A stretch of DNA of 64,000 bases from an uncultured delta proteobacterium (GTDB taxonomy: Bacteria > Desulfobacterota > Binatia > UBA9968): assembly GCA_963760795.1 (NCBI GenBank), contig CAVXEP010000020.1:128001-192000 (forward strand). Direction: 5' to 3'. The first letter of the stretch is position 1. Each line of letters starts with the position of its first letter. Made by a program: the position numbers and the translations under genes. Positions 55,397-64,000 of the stretch are shown here, in pieces. Under the pieces are notes generated by a model that was given only the letters and a program-made list of their open reading frames with translations, had not been told where the DNA came from and searched no databases.

Positions 55397-56380
55397 TCAC
55401 CCCAATTCCTTGATCGCCTGCTGCAAATAACTCTGGTCGATATATTTGAACGGTTGCGGCGCCGCGTCTTTGGTCTGTTCGGCATAAATCTGCATGGTGA
55501 TTTTCAAGCCTTCGAGGTCAATCTCCGCGTTGGGATGCCAGATGCGATTGGCGATGTAATATTCCCATCCGCGGCGCGCCAGGTCAGGCTTGAGCGGCAT
55601 CTCCTTGGCAAGAAAATCGATGGCCGCCTCTTTGTTGGCGTAGAGCCAGCGATGCGTGCGCACCGTCGCTTTCAGATAACGCACCAAGAGCCCACGGTTT
55701 TTCTCCGCCCAGATTCGTTTTCCGGCGATCACGGAAAGTTGATAGTTAGGAAAGTAATCCTTGAAATAGCCGAGGATATTAAAGCCTTGCTGCTCCGCAG
55801 TGTAATCGAGCGGCACGACCAGATAGGTTGCGCCGATCTGCCCTGAAGTCAGCGCTGCCAGATTAAAGCTGCCGCCGCCCACCGAAAGCAACTTGTAATC
55901 CGCCGGATACTCCAAGCCATGCTGCTTGAGTATGCGCTTTAAAACATTGGTCGCCCCCGACGTCAGTACTTGCACGCCGATGGTCGCGCCGCGCAGCTCT
56001 TTGAGCGATTTGTATTGTTTCGACGCGACAATCGCTTGAGTCAGGCCGTTGACCACGCCGCTCACTGCGACCAAATCGGCGCTGCCGGCGGCTGTGCCGA
56101 TGGTGAAATCGGTCGAACCCAACGCCAGATACAACGACTCACTGGCCAACGCTTGTATGGTAATCGTCGTACCGCGCAACAAGACCGGCTGGACATCCAA
56201 GCCGACCTCATCGAAGAAACCTTTCTTCACTCCGAGCCAAAACATGTTGGTGCCCACCGTCTTGGTGCCGACACCGACGGGGAACTTAATCTTCTCCTGG
56301 CCGATCGCCACCGACGCGCCAATGATGAAAACCACCAACGCGATCGATACGCATAGGACGCGCCAATTCATTCGGGCCAT
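55397..56380 (-). CDS. ABC substrate-binding protein, NMT1 family
   Basis: KFPVGVGTKT, KKGFFDEVGLDV and IDQSYLQQA motifs. Confidence 0.86.
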   Translation of the reverse strand: MARMNWRVLCVSIALVVFIIGASVAIGQEKIKFPVGVGTKTVGTNMFWLGVKKGFFDEVGLDVQPVLLRGTTITIQALASESLYLALGSTDFTIGTAAGSADLVAVSGVVNGLTQAIVASKQYKSLKELRGATIGVQVLTSGATNVLKRILKQHGLEYPADYKLLSVGGGSFNLAALTSGQIGATYLVVPLDYTAEQQGFNILGYFKDYFPNYQLSVIAGKRIWAEKNRGLLVRYLKATVRTHRWLYANKEAAIDFLAKEMPLKPDLARRGWEYYIANRIWHPNAEIDLEGLKITMQIYAEQTKDAAPQPFKYIDQSYLQQAIKELG

Positions 56381-56565
56381 CGAAGTTACCTCTCCATACA
56401 GCCGATTCATTCGCACCATCTATTCGAAAAGCACACCATAAGTTAGAAACGAGAGACGGGTCAAGGCGAAATTCGACGCAATGCTCGAGTTTAACGGGCA
56501 AACTTGACAGCGAGGTCACGATCATGATTTATCGAAAACAGGTCGTAGGGTGGTAAGGAACAGCG

Positions 56566-57549
56566 ATGAAAACCGGCGCAAAATCACCATTATTCATTGC
56601 GGTTTTGTTCTGCGCGTTGGCTATAACGTCCCGTGCCAACGCCCAGACTGCCAAACTGCGCGTCGCCTACACCGCTTTCGCTGGAACATTTACGGTATTG
56701 TGGGTTGGCAAGGACGCCGGCTTGTATCATAAATATGGCGCCGATATGGAACTGCTCTACATCGGCTCGAGCACCAAGTCGGTGCAGGCGCTGCTCGGCG
56801 GCGATATCGATATTATGTACTCAGCCGCCGGCGCGGTGGTCGACGCCAATCTTGCCGGCGCCGATCTCGTCATGGTCGGCTGCCAGTACGACAAAGGCCA
56901 AACATCTTTCTTCACCACCGCTCCGCTCGCCAGCATCGGCGATCTGAAAGGCAAGGCCGTCGGCGTCACGCGTTTCGGCGCCTTCTCCGACTTCGTCGCT
57001 CGCCAGGTACTCAAGAAATATCGCTTGCAGCCGATCAAGGATGTCGCCCTGCTGCAACTCGGCGGCACCCAGGAAATTATCGCCGGCATGCAGAACAACT
57101 TAGTCCAGGGCGGCTCGATCTCGCTGCCGCTGACGTTGAATGCGCGCAAGCTGGGATTTCGTGAACTGCTCACCACCGAAACGATCGGCCTGCCCTTCGA
57201 CTACGGCTGCTTCATCGTCAAGAACTCGCAGCTCAAAACCAAGCGGGAAGAGTTGAAGAAAGTTCTGCGCGCCACCATCGCCGCCTACGATCTGGCCATC
57301 GCCGATCCGGCGTTTGCCAAGCGCACCATCGGCAAGTACACGCGCACCACCGATGGCGCGACCTTGGACGAGACCTACAAAGAGAACGTCAAGGACTACG
57401 CGCTGAGAATTCCCTACGTTTCGCTTGCCGGTCTCACTTCGATCTTGGACTTTCGCGCCGAAAGCGCCGCCGAAGTGAAAAAACTCGCCCTGGAAAAAAT
57501 GTACGACAACTCACTGCTGCAAGAAATTCAAAAAGAAACGACCAAATAA
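56566..57549 (+). CDS. ABC substrate-binding protein, NMT1 family
   Basis: KDAGLYHKYG, LKGKAVGVTRFG and YDNSLLQEI motifs. Confidence 0.87.
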   Translation: MKTGAKSPLFIAVLFCALAITSRANAQTAKLRVAYTAFAGTFTVLWVGKDAGLYHKYGADMELLYIGSSTKSVQALLGGDIDIMYSAAGAVVDANLAGADLVMVGCQYDKGQTSFFTTAPLASIGDLKGKAVGVTRFGAFSDFVARQVLKKYRLQPIKDVALLQLGGTQEIIAGMQNNLVQGGSISLPLTLNARKLGFRELLTTETIGLPFDYGCFIVKNSQLKTKREELKKVLRATIAAYDLAIADPAFAKRTIGKYTRTTDGATLDETYKENVKDYALRIPYVSLAGLTSILDFRAESAAEVKKLALEKMYDNSLLQEIQKETTK

Positions 57550-57559
57550 GGATGACACC

Positions 57560-58651
57560 ATGAAACTCGGACTCTTCGACCACATGCAGAAACATGACCA
57601 CCCGGCGCGCACCTACGTCGACCTGTATCGCAACCATCTCGACGTTTTAGAATTCGCCGACCAGGCCGGCATGGATTTTTACTTTGTCGCCGAGCACCAC
57701 TTCGACATGGGTTTTTCCGAATGCCCAAGTCCCGGCAGTTTCCTCGGCGCGGCGTCGCAACGGACCAAGAATATTCGCATGGGCCCGCTCGTCTACGTCC
57801 TGCCCTTGTGGCATCCGGTGCGGGTCGCCGAAGAGGCCGCGCTGCTCGACAATCTCATGAACGGCCGCTTGGAGTGCGGCATCGGCGCCGGCATCGGCCC
57901 GTTTTCCTTCGAAGCTTACAACGTGGACTGGGATTCGAAACGCGAGATGACGCTGGAAGCCTTGCAAATCATCAAAGGCATCTGGACCCACGAGACCTTC
58001 AGCTTCGAAGGCAAATATTTCAAATGCAAAGATGTCGACTCCAGCATCCCGCTAGTGCAGAAACCCCATCCGCCGCTGTGGATGCCGACGCGTAGCAAAG
58101 AGTCCATCGAAGAAGCCGCATCCACCGGCGTGAGCACCGTGCAGTGGGTGCCCTCCGGCATGAAAGCGACGCGCACGGCCTTCGACGCATACCGCGAAGT
58201 CTATCAGCGCGCCAAGCCGTCAGGACGCAAGCCGCATATGGGGCTGATGCGCGAGATCTATGTCGCCGAGAGCGACAAACAAGCGCGCGCCGACGGCGAG
58301 TATCATTGGAAAAACTTCTGGGAGCGGCGCGGCGGCGCGCGCACCTACGGCGCCCACGGCACCACCGGGTTGACGACGATCCTCGACGGCAGCCGGCGCC
58401 AGCAGTTGATGGACATGGATCACTCCATCGCCGAAGGCTCGTTTATCTGCGGCTCGCCGGACACCGTGGTGCAGCAAATCAAGTCGATTGCCAACCAAGC
58501 CGGCGGCGACACCTTTCTCGGTGAATTTACTTTCGGGGAGCTAACTCAGAAGCAAGCGCTCAATTCGCTCCGGCTATTTACCGAGCAGGTTATGCCGGAG
58601 TTGAGAAAGTTTGAAGTCGATGCGCTGAATTTTCCAAGAGCGGACGCGTAG
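57560..58651 (+). CDS. LLM-class flavin-dependent oxidoreductase
   Basis: AEHHF, RTKNIRMGP, HPVRVAEE, QKPHPPLW and LRLFTEQVMP motifs. Confidence 0.92.
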   Translation: MKLGLFDHMQKHDHPARTYVDLYRNHLDVLEFADQAGMDFYFVAEHHFDMGFSECPSPGSFLGAASQRTKNIRMGPLVYVLPLWHPVRVAEEAALLDNLMNGRLECGIGAGIGPFSFEAYNVDWDSKREMTLEALQIIKGIWTHETFSFEGKYFKCKDVDSSIPLVQKPHPPLWMPTRSKESIEEAASTGVSTVQWVPSGMKATRTAFDAYREVYQRAKPSGRKPHMGLMREIYVAESDKQARADGEYHWKNFWERRGGARTYGAHGTTGLTTILDGSRRQQLMDMDHSIAEGSFICGSPDTVVQQIKSIANQAGGDTFLGEFTFGELTQKQALNSLRLFTEQVMPELRKFEVDALNFPRADA

Positions 58652-58717
58652 GGGCGACCGACAGATCGCCCGCCCTTCGCCTCCTCCCTTGGCGTCCTTT
58701 GCGCGCTTTGCGCGAGA
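58648..58717. repeat. GTAG REP plus TTTGCG periodic repeat
   Basis: GTAGGGGCGACCGACAGATCGCCC; CTTGGCGTCCTTTGCGCGCTTTGCGCGAGA. Confidence 0.6.
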
Positions 58718-58730
58718 AATTTCGATTCCG

Positions 58731-60894
58731 TCACTCGCCAAACAACTCTTTAACCAGAAACGCATAGGTCAGCGCCGACATGTAAGCGAGCTGGCGGTTG
58801 TCCGCCGCGCCGCCGTGACCGCCTTCGATGTTTTCATAGTACAGCACGTCATGGCCCTGCGCCTTCATCTTGGCGAACATTTTACGCGCGTGTCCCGGAT
58901 GGACCCGGTCATCGCGCGTCGACGTGGTGAACAGCACCCGCGGATATTTCTTCTCGACAACGACATTATGATAGGGCGAATATTTTGCGATATACGCCCA
59001 GTCTTCTACTTTGTCCGGATCGCCATACTCATCGACCCAACTGGCGCCGGCCAATAATTTGCTATAGCGGCGCATGTCGAGCAGCGGCACCTGGCAAACA
59101 ACCGCTTTGAATAAATCCGGCCGCTGCGTCAGCGCCACACCCACCAGCAAACCGCCATTGGAACCGCCCTGGATGCCGAGATGCTGCGGCGAGGTCACTT
59201 TGCGCGCGATCAAGTCCTCGGCCACGGCGATGAAGTCATCGTAGGCGCGCTGGCGGTTTTCCTTGCGCGCCGCGTAGTGCCAGTTGGGGCCGAACTCGCC
59301 GCCGCCGCGAATGTTCGCCAGCACGTAGACGCCGCCGCGCTCCAGCCAGGCCGCGCCGAGAGTGCCGCTATAAAACGGCAACTGCGACACGTTGAAGCCG
59401 CCATAGCCGTAGAGCAGCGCCGGAGCTTCTGCCGTTCGTCTCCAGCTCCTTTACGGCTCACCTGAAAGTAGGGAATCTTAGTGCCATCTTTCGATACCGC
59501 CTCATGCTGGCTGATCGCCAAGCCATCGGCGCTGAAAAATGCCGGCAAGCTTTTTAGCTTTTCCTCGGTCGGCGCGCCGACTCTGCCGAGAACCAGACTC
59601 GACGGCGTCAAGAAGTCGGTTAGGCTCATGAAGTAATCGTCCGAGGCATCATCATCGGAATGGGCATCGACGCCGCGCACGCGCACCGAACCGAAAGCTG
59701 GAGTCGCCAATTGCTGGCGCTGCCATTGCCCGTCAGCGCGCTTGAGGGCGTAAACTTTGCTGCGCACATTGTCCAGCTCGTTGAGAATCAAGAAATTCTT
59801 CGTCTGACTCGTGCTCGCCAACGCTTTGCGCTCGCTCGGTTCAAAAAGGACCGCGAACTCGCGCTCGCCGCGCAGATAGGCTGCAAAATCGCCGGCAAGC
59901 AGTGCTCCGGCTGGATAAGATTTTCCCGCCAACGCTCCAGTCCGAGCGCAGCCGCAAAAGTATCTGATCGGTGAAGGTCTCGACCCGTGCGTCGGCCGGT
60001 TTGTCGATTCGAACCCACTCGTCGCCGCGGCGAATCCATAACTCATTGGTGAAAAATGTCATGCCGCGCGAAATAAGTTCATATATCCGGCCGTGGTCAT
60101 GCACCACCGATGCCGCCACGCTGACGTCTTCAACTTGGCCCTCGAAAACTGTCTTGGCCGCACCCAGCGCCGTGCCACGCTGCCATTCTTTAACGATGCG
60201 CGGATAACCGGAACTGGTCAGAGAGCCGGAACCGAAGTCGGTGCCGACGTAAAGCGCATCACGATTGCGCCAAGCCACCCGGCTCTTCGCCTCCGGCAGT
60301 GTAAATCCGTCAACGACGAAATCTTTCTTGACCAGATCGAACTCGCGCATGACCGCGGCATCGGCGCCGCCGCGCGAAAGAAATAGCAGCGCGCGATCAT
60401 GGCTTGGCTGCAAGATATCGGCGCCCTTCCAGACCCAGTTCTCTTTCTCTGACGCCGCGAGCCGATCGAGATCGAGGACGATCTCCCAGGCGGGTTCGGC
60501 CTTGCGATACTCCGCCAAGCGTGGTCCGCCGCCAAACCCCGCGCACCTGCCGCTCATCGCGCCAAAAGTTGTAAAAATACGCGCCATGCTTGGTGACGTT
60601 GGCAATGCGCTCGTTGGATTCGTAGATCGCCAATAAACGCCTGCGCAGGCCGTCGAAATCCGCGGCGCCTTCCAGTTCGCCCGTGCTCGCCGCGTTGTGC
60701 GCGCGCACCCAGGTTAAGGCGCGTTCGCCGCCGACATCTTCGAGCCACAGATAAGGATCTTCGTCCGCTTGGCCAGCGGTTGGCAAGATAACTTGGGATG
60801 AACTCATGGTTGTTTTCGCGAAGGCATAGAGAATCGCGACGCTAACGAGTAAAACTCCGACATAACGCACCACGCTCCGCATAATTGATAACAA
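58731..60894 (-). CDS. Prolyl oligopeptidase (S9A); several frameshifts
   Basis: DPYLWLED, SKDGTKIPYF, NIRGGGEFG, GGSNGG (Ser), DDRVHP (Asp) and GGH (His). Confidence 0.9.
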
Positions 60895-61006
60895 TACCCA
60901 GTCAATAGGCAGGCAAGCTGTAACCTACGCTAGCGCCGGAAAGCGTCTCCCGCGTAAATCGCACGCGGTCGTTGCTATCTCATCGATCAACACCACGGCG
61001 CGTCGA

Positions 61007-61378
61007 TCAGCCGTCGGACAGTTTCTTCGGCCGAATCACCGCGCGCCGGTGCTTGCCCGCGCCGATTTTTACGCCGGCATCGTTGATCGCGGACACAGCA
61101 TAGCGAATCTTGTTGCCGTCGATCTCCAAGATTTCCGCCGTGACGGTTACGCTTTGGCCGATCTTGGTCGGCGCCAGGTGGTGCACGTCGACATGCATGC
61201 CGACGCTGTTTTCGCCTTCGTCCAAATAGGGCGCGGTCAGCCGCACGCAAGTTCCTTCCATCAGGCCGATCATCGCCGGCGTCGAGAAAACATCGGCGGT
61301 CAATTGCGTAGCGCGCATGCGCTCGGTGGTTTCGTAGGTTTGTGTATGTGTCAGTCCGGGTTTGAGACCATCTTTCAT
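61007..61378 (-). CDS. Thioesterase, fluoroacetyl-CoA (FlK) hot-dog family
   Basis: VFSTPAMIGLME, SVG..VHHLAPT and GKHRRAVI motifs. Confidence 0.88.
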   Translation of the reverse strand: MKDGLKPGLTHTQTYETTERMRATQLTADVFSTPAMIGLMEGTCVRLTAPYLDEGENSVGMHVDVHHLAPTKIGQSVTVTAEILEIDGNKIRYAVSAINDAGVKIGAGKHRRAVIRPKKLSDG

Positions 61379-61385
61379 AACCGTC

Positions 61386-62378
61386 TCACAAGTCCTTCAG
61401 TGCCTGCTGTAAATAGCGACCATCGATAAACTTCACGGCGTCCTGTGGTACTTGTTTAGTCTCTTCGGCAAGGATTTCCAATGCCAGCTTCATGCCGTCG
61501 AGGTTGAGCTCGAGATTCGGATGCCAAATCCGGTTCGCCGTATAATATTCCCAACCCTTGCGCGCCAGCTCCGGTGACATTTGTATTTCCTTGGCGAAGA
61601 AATCGCTCGCCGCCTCTTTGTTGGCATAGAGCCAACGGTTGGCGCGCAAGGCAGCGCGCAGGAAGCGCACCAGCAGCGCGCGGTTTTTCTCCGCCCAGCC
61701 GCGCTTCACCGCCATCACCGTCAACTGATAGTTGGGATAGTAGTCTTTATAGTAGCCGAGCACGTTCATGCCCTGCTCTTCGGCGGTGAAAACCAATGGC
61801 ACGACGAGAAATGCCGCCGCGACCTGACCGGAACTGAGCGCCGCGAGATTGAAGTTGCCACCGCCCACCGCCAAGAGTTTGTAATCGGCGGGATAATCCA
61901 GGCCGTGCTTCTTGAAGATGCGCTTGAGCACCGTGGTCGCGCCCGAGGCCAGCGACTGCACGCCAATGGTCGTGCCGCGCAGTTCTTTGAAGCTTTTATA
62001 TTTCTTGCCGGCGACAATGGCTTGGGTCAAACCGTTGATGACACCGGCGACGCTCACGAGATCGGCACCGCCCACTGCCGCGCTGACCATTGCGTCGGCG
62101 GAACCCAGGGTCATGAAAAGCGACTCGCCGACCAGCGCCTGCACCGCCACCGGCGTACCGCGCAACAGCACCGGCTGAACATCGAGGCCGGCTTCTTCAA
62201 AAAAGCCTTTCTTAGTGGCGAGCCAGATCAGACCGGTGCCGAGGGTTTTGGTGCCGACGCCGACGGGGAACTTGATCCGCTCCTGAGCGCTGACAAATCC
62301 CGCCGTGAGCAATATTAAAATCGCACTGCCGATCAGGGCGAGAGACCAACAGACCCGCGTTACGTGCTTCGGCTTCAC
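61386..62378 (-). CDS. ABC substrate-binding protein, NMT1 family (paralog of 55397)
   Basis: KFPVGVGTKT, VQPVLLRGT and ANRIWHPN shared with 55397. Confidence 0.86.
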   Translation of the reverse strand: MKPKHVTRVCWSLALIGSAILILLTAGFVSAQERIKFPVGVGTKTLGTGLIWLATKKGFFEEAGLDVQPVLLRGTPVAVQALVGESLFMTLGSADAMVSAAVGGADLVSVAGVINGLTQAIVAGKKYKSFKELRGTTIGVQSLASGATTVLKRIFKKHGLDYPADYKLLAVGGGNFNLAALSSGQVAAAFLVVPLVFTAEEQGMNVLGYYKDYYPNYQLTVMAVKRGWAEKNRALLVRFLRAALRANRWLYANKEAASDFFAKEIQMSPELARKGWEYYTANRIWHPNLELNLDGMKLALEILAEETKQVPQDAVKFIDGRYLQQALKDL

Positions 62379-62404
62379 CCTTGGGCCACCCGCTTAGCCA
62401 TGAG

Positions 62405-63178
62405 CTAGTCTCTTTTTGGAGTTAACACGATTACTTGCTTGTCGTGGTCCACCGACATTTGAAAGCGGCCGAGAAAATCGAAGCCCAAGAGACCTTCGAT
62501 CCGGGGATCGGGCGAAAAGTCATGAATGCTTATCGGCAGATTTTTCAGTTCAGCGGCGCCGACCTTCACCGATTCGACGACACCGATGTCGACCTTCACC
62601 GCACCGCCGATACCTAAACGCGATTGAGTATCGATCGCCATCAAGCCGAGAGCGCGGGCGGCTCGCTTCGATAGCACCGTCTGGCCGGCGCCGGTATCGA
62701 CGATTAGATTAGCCGTCGTCGAGTTACTGCCGTTGGTGAAACTGACCGGCACCAGCATGGCATTACCGTGGAGCTTGATTGGTATCGTCACGGCGCCGCC
62801 CTCGGTGGTTTTCGCCGTGGCTGCCGGCTCACCGGAGCTCGTGGCAATCGCCGGTCCGACTGCGAAGGTTGGTTTCGGCAGAGCGCGGAAATGATCGTCG
62901 ATCCTTTTCGCCGCGGCGTTATCGCTCGCCTTGATCCAACCGACATTGCCCGCCCGGCTCTTGACCATGAACCACTTCTCGCCGCCCGCGCCGGTCATCT
63001 CGGCGATGGGCGCCAGCGTCCCGCCATCTCGAATCGACTCGACGACTTCGGAGCGATCATCAGCCGTGGTAAACAGGCGCGCTTCGCTGGTTGCTCCCGC
63101 CGCGCGCCCGTCGCGTGGTTCAACGATCGTGCTGAAGCATGACGAGAGCCAATAATAGAATTCGCATATGGCCTGCAT
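62405..63178 (-). CDS. Retropepsin-like aspartic protease with N-terminal SH3-like region
   Basis: IVDTGA and GLLGFDFL motifs; WFMVK..GNVGWI; start codon uncertain. Confidence 0.78.
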   Translation of the reverse strand: MQAICEFYYWLSSCFSTIVEPRDGRAAGATSEARLFTTADDRSEVVESIRDGGTLAPIAEMTGAGGEKWFMVKSRAGNVGWIKASDNAAAKRIDDHFRALPKPTFAVGPAIATSSGEPAATAKTTEGGAVTIPIKLHGNAMLVPVSFTNGSNSTTANLIVDTGAGQTVLSKRAARALGLMAIDTQSRLGIGGAVKVDIGVVESVKVGAAELKNLPISIHDFSPDPRIEGLLGFDFLGRFQMSVDHDKQVIVLTPKRD

Positions 63179-63311
63179 GGTGCGGCCTTAAGAATGATGG
63201 GCATTTTCGTGAAACTCCGTTTCATGGGCGTAGGATTCCAACTCTCTGCCAAAGCGATCGACTGAAGCGATTATACACCGCTTGGGAGAAAGTTGGGCGA
63301 TCCATCTCTGC

Positions 63312-64000
63312 TTACGCCCCGGCCAGCTCCGGCGCCCCAGGCAATTCGGGCCGCGCCACGCCGCGCCGGTCGACAGTCAACGCCAAACAGGCGGCCACCA
63401 GCCCCAAGCAACCACCGACCAAAAAGGCGATTTGATAATCGCCAAAATGCACACGCACCCAGCCGCCGCCGATAGCCGCAGCCGCGCCGCCCAATTGGTG
63501 AAAGACGAAGACCGTGCCGAAGATTTGCCCGACCCGTTCGGAACCGAATTTGCGCGCAATGATCGTCGTGGTCGCCGGACCGGAGGCGTACCAGTCGAGC
63601 CCGTACAATATGGCGAACATGAACAGCCCGATGGCGTTGGATACGAACGGCAACATCAACAGCGCCGTGCCGCGCAGGCAGTAGACCACCGACAGCACTT
63701 TGCGCGGATCGATGCGGTCGACCAGATAGCCGGAAAACGTCGTGCCGATAAAACTCGCGCCGCCCATGATGCCCACCGCCGTCGCCGCGGTCATCTGCGG
63801 GATGCCGCGCTCTATGGCGTGGGGGATCAAGTGGGTGCCGATCAGACCGTTGGCGGTGACGCCACAGATAAAAAAGCAGCCGGCGAGAATCCAAAAAGTC
63901 GATGTCTGCATCACCTCGGAGATCGCCGCAAACGACATCGGGCGGATTTCGCCGCGTGCGAAACTCTTGCCGGACTTGGCATTAGCGCCCGGGCCGGAAC
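63312..64000 (-). CDS. MFS transporter, C-terminal part (start outside the window)
   Basis: FWILAGCFFICG, GYLVDRIDPR and HQLGGA motifs. Confidence 0.88.
   Translation of the reverse strand, partial: SGPGANAKSGKSFARGEIRPMSFAAISEVMQTSTFWILAGCFFICGVTANGLIGTHLIPHAIERGIPQMTAATAVGIMGGASFIGTTFSGYLVDRIDPRKVLSVVYCLRGTALLMLPFVSNAIGLFMFAILYGLDWYASGPATTTIIARKFGSERVGQIFGTVFVFHQLGGAAAAIGGGWVRVHFGDYQIAFLVGGCLGLVAACLALTVDRRGVARPELPGAPELAGA

Overview
A GC-rich bacterial chromosomal segment. Its gene content resembles Candidatus Binatia / 'Deltaproteobacteria' MAGs (inference only). It is densely packed with solute-binding proteins: 14 NMT1/SsuA-type, 2 Fe3+/thiamine-type, 2 TctC and 1 ABC_sub_bind. These are interleaved with catabolic enzymes: a Mo-hydroxylase S-M-L set, hydantoinase/oxoprolinase B-A-B, a gentisate-type cupin, amidohydrolases, LLM monooxygenases, PuuE-like deacetylases, AMDase/maleate-isomerase-like proteins and VOC proteins. 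Also present are rtcB, pal, rlpA, a prolyl oligopeptidase, a VapC toxin-antitoxin cassette and many short intergenic palindromic repeats. Many genes carry 1-nt indels that look like long-read errors. Top finding: a class III adenylate cyclase (32834-33598) whose N-terminal CxxC...CxxC metal ribbon has an in-frame TGA at the fourth Cys position (CTL-U), immediately followed by a SECIS-like hairpin, i.e. a candidate selenoprotein cyclase. Also notable: the TA cassette is bounded by a 69-bp duplication of its host gene's 3' end, and several palindromic mini-repeats are nested inside one another. No rRNA, tRNA, CRISPR array or transposase was seen.
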